A DNA stretch of 64,000 bases from Patescibacteria group bacterium (GTDB lineage: Bacteria > Patescibacteriota > Minisyncoccia > Phycocordibacterales > UBA12079), in the NCBI GenBank assembly GCA_034661035.1, contig JAYEKM010000008.1, positions 11,677-75,676 of the forward strand, written 5' to 3'. Shown one piece after another: positions 8,236-16,779 of the stretch (positions are counted from its first letter, which is position 1; every line of letters starts with the position of its first letter). Under the pieces are notes generated by a model. It did not search any database, was not told the DNA's origin, and was given only the letters and a program-made list of their open reading frames with translations. A program made the translations under genes and the position numbers.

Positions 8236-9476
8236 AAATATTATCAATAGAAACTAGTTGTGACGAAACTGCTATCAGTATTTTAGAAGCTGAGGGTTCT
8301 TTCGGAGACAAAAACAACCCGCCCAAATTTAAGATTTTAGCTGATAATTTAATCTCTCAAATTGATATTCACAAAGAATACGGGGGTGTCTTCCCTGCTC
8401 TTGCAAAAAGAGAACATTCCAAAAATCTTATCCCCCTCTTAGCCAAATCACTGGAAGAAGCCTCTCTGGCTGTTCCAACTAATAATTCATTTGATAAAGG
8501 ACCAATCAAAAAAATTCTAGAAAGAGAACCCGAGCTAACTAAGTTATTTTTAGAATATATTCCAACCATTAAAATTCCTGAAATAGATGCTATCGCTGTT
8601 ACCCAAGGACCAGGACTTGAACCTGCTCTATGGGTTGGAATTAATTTTGCCAAAGCCCTATCTTTAGTTTGGAATAAACCACTTATTCCAGTTAATCATA
8701 TGGAAGGGCACCTCGTCGCTTCGCTCCTCAAGTCAAAAGTCAAAAGTCAAAAGTCAAAAGTAATTAAATTTCCTGCCATTGGACTACTAATATCTGGCGG
8801 GCATACAGAACTTATATTAATAAAAAAATGGGGTCAATATGAAAAAATTGGTCAAACCTTGGACGATGCGGTAGGTGAAGCTTTTGATAAAGTAGCTAGA
8901 ATGATGGATCTGCCCTACCCTGGCGGACCAGAAATTTCTAAACTAGCTCAAACAAATAGAAACTACACTTCCGGAGGTCCGACCTCCGGAAGTGTAGAGA
9001 TTGGACCTCCACAGGTTAAATTACCAAGGCCTATGTTAAACACCAATGATTTCAATTTTTCATTTTCTGGTTTGAAAACAGCCGTCTTATATCTAATCAA
9101 AAATCTAAAAAAAGAAAACAGTTGGGAAGAATTACCGATCGAAGTCAAACAAAAAATTGCACTTGAATTTGAAGACGCTGTGATTGAAATTTTGCTTAAA
9201 AAAACCAGGACTGCGATTGAAAAATATAATGCTAAAACATTAATCTTAGGAGGTGGTGTTGTTGCTAACTCTCAAATCCGCCAAACCTTCCAATCACTTG
9301 GAGGTCCAACCTCCAAGTTAGAAGTTTCGATGCCAGAAATAGAATTTTCAACCGATAATGCTGTGATGATTGGCATTGCTGGTTATTTTAGATATCTTCA
9401 GCAAAAAGAAAAAGGTCAGTTGCAAACTGCAACCGACCTTCTTGAACTCCCAGCTGATGGAAATTTAGAGTTCTAG
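8232..9476 (+). CDS. tsaD: tRNA N6-adenosine threonylcarbamoyltransferase TsaD (Kae1/YgjD)
   Basis: N-terminal SIETSCDETAISIL and metal-binding H..H region; carries unusual in-frame repeat insertions. Confidence 0.9.
   Translation: MKILSIETSCDETAISILEAEGSFGDKNNPPKFKILADNLISQIDIHKEYGGVFPALAKREHSKNLIPLLAKSLEEASLAVPTNNSFDKGPIKKILEREPELTKLFLEYIPTIKIPEIDAIAVTQGPGLEPALWVGINFAKALSLVWNKPLIPVNHMEGHLVASLLKSKVKSQKSKVIKFPAIGLLISGGHTELILIKKWGQYEKIGQTLDDAVGEAFDKVARMMDLPYPGGPEISKLAQTNRNYTSGGPTSGSVEIGPPQVKLPRPMLNTNDFNFSFSGLKTAVLYLIKNLKKENSWEELPIEVKQKIALEFEDAVIEILLKKTRTAIEKYNAKTLILGGGVVANSQIRQTFQSLGGPTSKLEVSMPEIEFSTDNAVMIGIAGYFRYLQQKEKGQLQTATDLLELPADGNLEF
8730..8762 (+). repeat. heptanucleotide tandem repeat (AAGTCAA)x4.7 inside tsaD
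   Basis: aagtcaa aagtcaa aagtcaa aagtcaa aagta encodes KSKVKSQKSKV. Confidence 0.9.
8963..8997. repeat. 35-bp perfect GC-rich palindrome inside the tsaD coding sequence
   Basis: CTACACTTCCGGAGGTC-C-GACCTCCGGAAGTGTAG encodes ..TSGGPTSGSV.. Confidence 0.9.
9297..9317. repeat. 21-bp perfect palindrome inside tsaD, same core as 8963
   Basis: CTTGGAGGTCCAACCTCCAAG encodes LGGPTSK; core GGAGGTCCRACCTCC. Confidence 0.9.
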
Positions 9477-9698
9477 ACCTTCCTCACAAATTTCAGTATA
9501 CCGCCGAAACATCGTTTCTGTCTCCTCATCTAACTTTATAAAGCCTTGACCAAACGGATGAAAACCAACCCCTTGCATCTTTTCTTTAATTTCTTCCTTT
9601 AATTTTAACAGCTCACCATTGTTTACCTCAAACCTGTCGAAATCAGGGTGTTTAAGATATGGCGAAATCAGATTACTGGCATCTTTTAAAAATAACAT
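9465..9698 (-). CDS. hypothetical small protein (77 aa)
   Basis: Strong SD on the minus strand (TAAGGAGGTAGAAAC-ATG); lies between tsaD and valS; no recognised family. Confidence 0.4.
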   Translation of the reverse strand: MLFLKDASNLISPYLKHPDFDRFEVNNGELLKLKEEIKEKMQGVGFHPFGQGFIKLDEETETMFRRYTEICEEGLEL

Positions 9699-9819
9699 GT
9701 TTCTACCTCCTTATTATTTGAGTTATTTAAGAACTTCGGCCTACCGCAAATATTATCTAAAATACCGAACAAAAGCAACAGTTTTGGAAAATAACCTCTC
9801 TGTATGTTATTATAATCCC

Positions 9820-11955
9820 ATGCACGAAAAATTTCTAAAACCTTATCAACCAAAAGAGTTTGAGGAAAAAATATATCAAATCTGGGAAGATAGTGGATAT
9901 TTTAACCCAGATAATCTGCCTGAGAGGCATCAAAACCCGTTCACTATAATTATGCCGCCACCCAATGCTAATGGCTCTCTTCATTGTGGGCATGCTCTTT
10001 TTGTTGCTCTAGAAGATTTAATGATTCGTTACAAAAGAATGCAAGGATTCAAAGCTCTCTGGTTGCCTGGAGCAGATCATGCTGGTTTTGAAACTCAAGT
10101 AGTTTATGAAAAAAAATTAGAAAAAGAAGGCCGATCTCGTTTTAAAATGGATCCCAAAGAACTCTACGACGAGATTATGCAATTTACCTTAGATAATAAA
10201 AGTTTTATGGAGGGGCAGGTTCGTTCTTTAGGAGCTTCTTGTGATTGGTCAAGAGAAAGATTTACCTTGGAGCCAGAGATTATAAAAACAGTCAACGAAA
10301 CCTTCAAACAACTTTCTGATGATAAATTACTTTACAGAGGGGAAAGGATCGTTAATTGGTGTTCCAAGCACCAGACTTCCCTCTCCGAGCTAGAAACTGA
10401 ATCAATCGAACAAGAAGATAAATTCTACACTTTCCAATACGGTCCATTTCAGATAGGAACAACTCGCCCAGAAACAAAATTTGGTGATAAATACGTCGTA
10501 GTCCACCCTGATGATGACAGATATAAAGAGTACAAACACGGACAAAAATTCGAACTAGAATGGATAAATGGTCCAGTTACAGCCACCTTAATTAAAGACG
10601 ACGTTATAGATATGGAATTTGGAACAGGGGCAATGACAATTACTCCTTGGCACGACCCAGTAGACTTTGAAATCGCCCAAAGACATGATTTAGATTATGA
10701 ACAAATCATCAATTTTTACGGAAAGATGCTACCCATTGCTGGGCCAGAATTTGAGGGAAAAAATATTAAAGATGCAAGAGAGTTGGTAGTAAAGAAATTA
10801 GAAGAGAAAAACTTGATGGTTAAAATTGAAGAAAATTTTAAACACTCCGTAAAAGTTTGCTACAAATGCAATCGCCCAATAGAACCTCAAGTTAAAGCTC
10901 AGTGGTTTATAAAAATGGAATCATTAGCTGAAAAAGCTTTAGCCGCTGTTGTAAAAGGCGATGTTAAGTTTGTTACAGAAAGGCATGAAAAAATATTTAA
11001 ACATTGGATGAAAAATATCAATGATTGGAATATTTCAAGACAAATCATTTGGGGAATTCCTATTCCAGCCAAGATATGTCAGAAATGTAACGAAGGAGTT
11101 GTTGATTTAGATAATTCTGTTTCAGAATGTCCAAAATGTAGTGGGGAGATGGAACAAGACAATGATACTTTTGATACTTGGTTTTCTTCAGGGCAATGGC
11201 CTTTTGCAACCTTAAATTTTCCAGAAGGTCAAGATTTTAAAGAATTCTACCCTACTGATATTATGGAAACTGGTCACGATATTATCTTCTTCTGGGTAGC
11301 TAGAATGATTATGCTAGGAATTTACAAAACAGGGAAAGTACCTTTCCAGACTATCTATTTACACGGAATGGTTCGCGACGGTAAAGGCAAAAAAATGTCT
11401 AAGTCTAAAGGTAATGTTCTCAACCCTCTTGAGTTGAGCGGAAAATATGGAACAGATGCTTTACGAATGTCCTTACTTGTTGGGAACACCCCTGGGACAG
11501 ACATGAATTTATCTGAAGAAAAAATTAAAGCTTACAAAAAATTCGCTAATAAATTGTGGAACATCACTCGTTTTATTTTAGACAACACAAAAGAGATCGG
11601 CGAAATAGATTTAAATAGCGAACAATTAGGTGAATTAAGAAAATCAAACCCTGAACTGAAGAAACTTGAAGAAATAATAACTGACATTACTGAGGATATG
11701 GAAAATTATCGTTTCTATTTAGCTAGTGAGAAAATTTACCACTATACGTGGCACGAATTTGCTGATAAAATAATAGAAGAGAGTAAACAAGATTTAGATA
11801 AAGAAGAAACTCAATTAATGTTATTGGATATATTGCAAAATATTCTAAAAATATTACATCCTTTTATGCCTTTCGTTACAGAAGAGATTTGGTCAGAATT
11901 ACCAATCAAAGATAAAAAACTGTTACTTATTGAAAATTGGCCCACCTTTAATTAA
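9820..11955 (+). CDS. valS: valyl-tRNA synthetase (compact form)
   Basis: HIGH-type PPPNANGSLHCGHA, KMSKSKGNV and TWFSSGQWPFATLNFPE. The ORF 5' extension to 9619 is likely untranslated; ATG 9820 is in frame. Confidence 0.85.
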   Translation: MHEKFLKPYQPKEFEEKIYQIWEDSGYFNPDNLPERHQNPFTIIMPPPNANGSLHCGHALFVALEDLMIRYKRMQGFKALWLPGADHAGFETQVVYEKKLEKEGRSRFKMDPKELYDEIMQFTLDNKSFMEGQVRSLGASCDWSRERFTLEPEIIKTVNETFKQLSDDKLLYRGERIVNWCSKHQTSLSELETESIEQEDKFYTFQYGPFQIGTTRPETKFGDKYVVVHPDDDRYKEYKHGQKFELEWINGPVTATLIKDDVIDMEFGTGAMTITPWHDPVDFEIAQRHDLDYEQIINFYGKMLPIAGPEFEGKNIKDARELVVKKLEEKNLMVKIEENFKHSVKVCYKCNRPIEPQVKAQWFIKMESLAEKALAAVVKGDVKFVTERHEKIFKHWMKNINDWNISRQIIWGIPIPAKICQKCNEGVVDLDNSVSECPKCSGEMEQDNDTFDTWFSSGQWPFATLNFPEGQDFKEFYPTDIMETGHDIIFFWVARMIMLGIYKTGKVPFQTIYLHGMVRDGKGKKMSKSKGNVLNPLELSGKYGTDALRMSLLVGNTPGTDMNLSEEKIKAYKKFANKLWNITRFILDNTKEIGEIDLNSEQLGELRKSNPELKKLEEIITDITEDMENYRFYLASEKIYHYTWHEFADKIIEESKQDLDKEETQLMLLDILQNILKILHPFMPFVTEEIWSELPIKDKKLLLIENWPTFN

Positions 11956-11960
11956 TTTCT

Positions 11961-12671
11961 ATGTTAAAAGAAACAACTATTTTTTATACCATCATAGGAG
12001 GATTACTCCCTGTACTTATTTGGCTTTGGTTTTGGTTAAGAGAAGATAAACTTCACCCAGAACCACGTAAATATATTTTTTTGGCTTTCATCTTCGGAAT
12101 AATTTCAGCCTTATTAGTCCTACCTGTAGAAGAATTCCTTGCAAAATTCTTACCAGTAGCTGGGATAATCCCAATCATTGTCTTTTCCTTTGCTGAAGAG
12201 ATATTTAAGTATTTTGGGGCTTATTTTAGCTCTTTAAGAAAGAAATATATGGATGAACCTATTGATGCTGTCATTTATATGATAACAATAGCCCTTGGAT
12301 TCGCTGCTTTAGAAAATACATTATTCTTGATGCACTCAATAAAAATAACAGGGGGTGATATTTCTCAGGCCTTCTTAGTAGGTAATATGAGATTCATCGG
12401 TGCTACCCTACTTCACACTATTTCGTCTGGTGTTATTGGTTTATTCATAGCTCTATCTTTTTACAAAAGACAAGCCCTTAAAAAAAGATATCTGCTAACA
12501 GGTATAACTCTTTCCGTTGCATTGCATAGTTTTTTTAATTTTTTTATAATTAAAGCAAAGGGAGGTGAAATGTTCTTCATGTTCATAATGATTTGGATAG
12601 TTGCTATTTTATTAATATTCCTTTTCGAGGTTGTTAAAAAAATAAAAAGAAAAAAACGGTTGGCTAAGTAA
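11961..12671 (+). CDS. PrsW-family intramembrane metalloprotease
   Basis: Multi-TM protein with motifs AEEIFKY (EExxK), GFAALEN (GFAxxEN) and LLHTISSG (His). Confidence 0.55.
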   Translation: MLKETTIFYTIIGGLLPVLIWLWFWLREDKLHPEPRKYIFLAFIFGIISALLVLPVEEFLAKFLPVAGIIPIIVFSFAEEIFKYFGAYFSSLRKKYMDEPIDAVIYMITIALGFAALENTLFLMHSIKITGGDISQAFLVGNMRFIGATLLHTISSGVIGLFIALSFYKRQALKKRYLLTGITLSVALHSFFNFFIIKAKGGEMFFMFIMIWIVAILLIFLFEVVKKIKRKKRLAK

Positions 12672-12735
12672 ATCAAATCGTCATAAAAACACATTATTAT
12701 AATCTTTTTTTATAAATACTCATTAAAAAAATAAT

Positions 12736-13191
12736 ATGAAATCATTTTTTGACAAATTAACAGGAACTGTTGATGTAGAACAAGAACCTGAAAACTTCAC
12801 TAATCTGAAGGTAAATGATGAGAGTCAACAGGATGAAAAATCATCTACATGGGAAGAAGAGGAAAACGAAGGAGAACTCTCAGTCGATGTCTATGACGAT
12901 AAAGATCAAATAGTCGTTAAAACCATGGTGGCTGGAGTAAGGCCAGAAGATTTGGACATATCTATCACAAGAGACATGGTTATTATCAAAGGAGTTCGTT
13001 CAGAAGAAAAGGAAATTTCTAAAAATGATTATTACCACCAAGAACTATATTGGGGTTCTTTCACAAGAACCATTATGCTACCAACAGAAATTGATATAGA
13101 GGAATCAAAAGCTACTGAAAAGTATGGACTACTGATATTAGAATTACCTAAAATAGACAAAGAAAGAAAAACCAAACTAATAGTGAAATAA
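12736..13191 (+). CDS. Hsp20/alpha-crystallin small heat shock protein
   Basis: Alpha-crystallin domain ending GLLILELPK; acidic N-terminus. Confidence 0.85.
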   Translation: MKSFFDKLTGTVDVEQEPENFTNLKVNDESQQDEKSSTWEEEENEGELSVDVYDDKDQIVVKTMVAGVRPEDLDISITRDMVIIKGVRSEEKEISKNDYYHQELYWGSFTRTIMLPTEIDIEESKATEKYGLLILELPKIDKERKTKLIVK

Positions 13192-13197
13192 AAAAAG

Positions 13198-13228
13198 AGG
13201 TTGTATTTATACAACCTCTTTTTTTATC
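13198..13228. terminator. bidirectional terminator between hsp20 (+) and mltG (-)
   Basis: AGAGGTTGTAT-TT-ATACAACCTCT flanked by an A-run and a T-run. Confidence 0.7.
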
Positions 13229-13236
13229 TAAAAACT

Positions 13237-14310
13237 TTAATACAAATACTGACGTTTATTACTTTTATGCTGATCAAAATCAACAGCATAATGCATATTC
13301 CCATAATCATCTGATAGATAAAAGAGATAATCGGAACCAACTGGTGTAACTGTCGCTAACAGTGACCATAAACTTGGATTGGCAATCGGTCCTATTGGAA
13401 GGCCTTTATTAGTGTACGTATTATAAGGAGATTCAACCTTTAAATCTTCTAAACTCAGCTGATAAGTGTTTTTTCCTATAATATAAGGAAAGACTGCGTC
13501 AACTTGAAGAGGCATACCAATCTCAATTCTCTTCCATAAAATTCCAGCTATCACCCTCTTAGATTTCAAGGTCCTAGCTTCTTTTTCTAAGATAGAAGCC
13601 ATAATTACAATGTCCTTTATATCCATACCTGAAGCTTCTATTTGCTCAGAAATCTCTTCAATTTTATTATAAAAATTTTCTTTCATGGTAGTGATAACAG
13701 CTTCTGGTGTAACTGTAGGTAAAAAATAATAGGTATCAGGGAATAAAAAACCTTCTTCAGCTTGAGCCACTTCTATAAATTCTTCCTTATCAAATTCTGG
13801 GAATTTATCATTAAGTAAATTTGCCATATCAAAAATAGTTAAACCTTCCACAAACATTATTTTCGTCGGAGTAATACCATAAATAGCAGAAGTAGTTCTC
13901 CATAAAACTTTAACTACTGAGCATCTTTCTTCAAAAAAATAATCCCCAGCCATAACACTACGGTCGTTCATCAATACTTTAGCTAAACCACTAAACACTG
14001 AAGCTGATTTAATTACGTGTTTTTCCTCTAGAACAGCAGCAACCTCATTAAGGGTCATCCCTTCTTCAACTCTAATAATAGACCCCACAGGAAAATCGCC
14101 TGGAGATAATATTAAAGAAAAATAAAGGAAAGACAATGACACAACACTAAAAGCTGTTAAGTTAGTTCTCAGCTTAATCTTGGGCAGTTTCCTAAGAACA
14201 GAAATTTTTATGTAATTTAGGAAAGTCGCTACCTTACGGAAACTTCCGATAAAAAAGTTTTTCAAAAGAATTTTACTATTCCTTGGATTATAGTTATTTA
14301 GGTTAAACAT
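13237..14310 (-). CDS. mltG: endolytic murein transglycosylase MltG (YceG family)
   Basis: N-terminal TM segment, EEGFLFPDTYYF motif and YceG-like fold. Confidence 0.8.
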   Translation of the reverse strand: MFNLNNYNPRNSKILLKNFFIGSFRKVATFLNYIKISVLRKLPKIKLRTNLTAFSVVSLSFLYFSLILSPGDFPVGSIIRVEEGMTLNEVAAVLEEKHVIKSASVFSGLAKVLMNDRSVMAGDYFFEERCSVVKVLWRTTSAIYGITPTKIMFVEGLTIFDMANLLNDKFPEFDKEEFIEVAQAEEGFLFPDTYYFLPTVTPEAVITTMKENFYNKIEEISEQIEASGMDIKDIVIMASILEKEARTLKSKRVIAGILWKRIEIGMPLQVDAVFPYIIGKNTYQLSLEDLKVESPYNTYTNKGLPIGPIANPSLWSLLATVTPVGSDYLFYLSDDYGNMHYAVDFDQHKSNKRQYLY

Positions 14311-14313
14311 AAA

Positions 14314-15570
14314 TTAAATAGGTAAATTGGTAGGTGCTTCCGCTTTCTTTGACATTAAACGAGAGAAAGTAGGTGTTTGGATTACACCACCTGGGAAATG
14401 ATAAATGGTTGCTAACTCTTCTGTATTTAACACAAAAGGACGGTACTCCCTTGAAAGAGCTCTTCTCTTGAAAGAATTAAAAATACCTCTTTTCAGCCTA
14501 TTAACCCTCATATTTTTGTAATCCTGCCAAGGATAATCAAAACTTGTCGCCATAGAAAGACCAAATTGGTTAAGGTCAAGAGAATTAAATTGTTTAAAGG
14601 CCCCTAAAAGACCCATAATATTAATAGCATCAAATTTATCACTTTCTGATAAATAAATTGCTCTAATATTACAATCAAAACTTAATTTGGAAATACCCCT
14701 TTCTATAGCAGAAACAACCGACAACTCCCCCTTGGTCATTATACGATAACCTTTACTTGGATCCTTTTCGTCAACTAAGACCTTCTCCACTAAATCTTTA
14801 ACCTCGGCCTGACCTTGAGCCCTCCAATCTTCTTTACCAGAGAATTCCATCTTTTTAAACTTATCTTTCCATTTTAATTTTTTAACTCTTTCTTTTTTAT
14901 GAGCTCTCACAAGAATTTGAAACCAGACCTGTTGACCAGACCCAACTGCTCCCAAAAATTCTAAAATAGGACTAAGAGGATCAGTTTTCTCCTCCTCCTT
15001 AATTCCTTCTGTTTCCAGACGATAATCTACATAAGTTTTAATAGGATAAAAATCATCTTTCTTTAATTTATATTCACAACCCCAGAGTGACAACTTATCA
15101 GGACTATATTTAACAAATTTTGTATAATCAACCACTTCACTAACTTCTATATCTGGGTACTGAGCATAGATTTGAGCTTCTACTAAATTTTTCCAAAATT
15201 TTCTTGTCCAGATAAAAAATTTAACATCTCCCTCTAAAGACACCATTTCCAAAGAAAAAACAGGTCTTTCTGAACCTTTAATATACTTATGTATAAAAGT
15301 ACCTTCACCGATAGTTTGATTTAAAGCATTTAGAAAAAGCTCCATAGCTAAAGGAGTCTTTTTAATTTCATTAGGTAGCTTAACCTCAATAAGGACATAC
15401 TCCTGATTTACATTAAATTTCATCTTTATGTAATAAATCCAAACATGCCAAAGAACATAAACTAAAACAACCGGTAACCAAATTGGTAGGAAGAAATATA
15501 AATTATTTAAAACAGTTGCTACTAACCACTGAAACGATGATGGAAAAGAAGCTAATAAACTATCTATCAT
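14314..15570 (-). CDS. hypothetical membrane-anchored protein (418 aa)
   Basis: Two N-terminal TM helices then a large soluble domain; no family recognised. Confidence 0.5.
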   Translation of the reverse strand: MIDSLLASFPSSFQWLVATVLNNLYFFLPIWLPVVLVYVLWHVWIYYIKMKFNVNQEYVLIEVKLPNEIKKTPLAMELFLNALNQTIGEGTFIHKYIKGSERPVFSLEMVSLEGDVKFFIWTRKFWKNLVEAQIYAQYPDIEVSEVVDYTKFVKYSPDKLSLWGCEYKLKKDDFYPIKTYVDYRLETEGIKEEEKTDPLSPILEFLGAVGSGQQVWFQILVRAHKKERVKKLKWKDKFKKMEFSGKEDWRAQGQAEVKDLVEKVLVDEKDPSKGYRIMTKGELSVVSAIERGISKLSFDCNIRAIYLSESDKFDAINIMGLLGAFKQFNSLDLNQFGLSMATSFDYPWQDYKNMRVNRLKRGIFNSFKRRALSREYRPFVLNTEELATIYHFPGGVIQTPTFSRLMSKKAEAPTNLPI

Positions 15571-15631
15571 TAGATTATATTTTACTATAAAACATAGGAG
15601 TAAGAAAACCCCTAACTGTATAAAAAACTAT

Positions 15632-16654
15632 TTAGGAGATGTGGTATAAACCATCTTTATTTTTCTTGAAAAAATCTGAATTTTGTAAGTTTACCACTAC
15701 AGTATTACCTTTAACGTACCTTTCTTTTAGAACTTTATCTATAATTTCATCCTTAGAAAGTGGTCCTTCTTTCTCTAGAATATTTCTAATAACGTCTCTG
15801 ACGATACCTTCTGTATATCCCCATTCTGATAAAGCGTAAAGTCCTCTTCCAACCAAAACAAATCTCTCATCTTTAATCAATTCGTTATGACAAGTAGCCA
15901 CATGGACTTTCTTATTGAAATGTTTTTGAATCATATTAGCAACTTCTTTAAAGTGCATAGGTGAACCATTTTGTCTTACTACTAGATAAGCATGACTACG
16001 GATACCCTTAACCTTAACATCTGGTGACTTTGATAATCCCCACTCATCGAAAGGATTCTTATCAATTACCTTAGATAAAGATAACCATCTCTTAGCATAT
16101 TCTTCGTTTTGAGCTTTTAATTTAGCGTTCTTATAAACCAGAGAAATAACTTCACTTTCAGGAAGTAATTTATCTACATCAAATTCTTTGTGTAATTTCT
16201 TTAAGATAGTAAGAACGTCTTTAGACAATTTTTTGTCTACAAACCACCTACTCTTAAATTCTGTATTTTCTTTTTCCTTCACAAAAGAATCTCCTAAAAT
16301 TAGGAGTAACAACAGATGATTTTGAACTTGTTTATCACTGGAAAGATGATTAAGTAATTCATCTTCAGCCACGATAGCTCCAAGTGAATTTATTACATCA
16401 ACTAGTTCATTAAGAACAGCTTCCGTTTCAGTGCTTCTGAAATTATCGGACTTCTTGATGTTCTTCAAGGAATAATTTTCTATTTGTCTTACCCTTTCCC
16501 TTGTAACTCCGTATTGTTTTCCAATAGCATCCAAAGTATTCTTTTTGGCACCTTTATCCAAGCCGTATCTACGGATAATTATATCTTGAGACCTTTCAGG
16601 TAAGTCAACAAGAAGTTTCTTGCTTATTTGTTTTGGATTAAATTTTATTGTCAT
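15632..16654 (-). CDS. sigma-70 region-4-like HTH plus C-terminal HARE-HTH domain protein
   Basis: N-terminal TLDAIGKQYGVTRERVRQIE (sigma70 region 4); C-terminal FKEVANMIQ..VHVATCHNELIKDERFVLVGRGLYALSEWGY (HARE-HTH/delta-like winged helix). Confidence 0.55.
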   Translation of the reverse strand: MTIKFNPKQISKKLLVDLPERSQDIIIRRYGLDKGAKKNTLDAIGKQYGVTRERVRQIENYSLKNIKKSDNFRSTETEAVLNELVDVINSLGAIVAEDELLNHLSSDKQVQNHLLLLLILGDSFVKEKENTEFKSRWFVDKKLSKDVLTILKKLHKEFDVDKLLPESEVISLVYKNAKLKAQNEEYAKRWLSLSKVIDKNPFDEWGLSKSPDVKVKGIRSHAYLVVRQNGSPMHFKEVANMIQKHFNKKVHVATCHNELIKDERFVLVGRGLYALSEWGYTEGIVRDVIRNILEKEGPLSKDEIIDKVLKERYVKGNTVVVNLQNSDFFKKNKDGLYHIS

Positions 16655-16779
16655 ATTATTTCTAGTAAATCCTGTTTATCCTTAAATAAACCTTTAATTT
16701 TGTGATTTAGCTAGCATTTAAAGTATATCTATTTTTAGCATTTTTTTAGAAAAAAGTCAAATTTTGGACAATCTAAACC

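Noticed and set aside
9619-9819. 5' extension of the valS ORF (MFTSNLSKSGCLRY..)
   Set aside because: It overlaps the minus-strand small gene and its SD and has no similarity to ValRS N-termini. The in-frame ATG at 9820 gives a canonical ValRS start (MHEKFLKPYQPKEFEEKIYQIWE).
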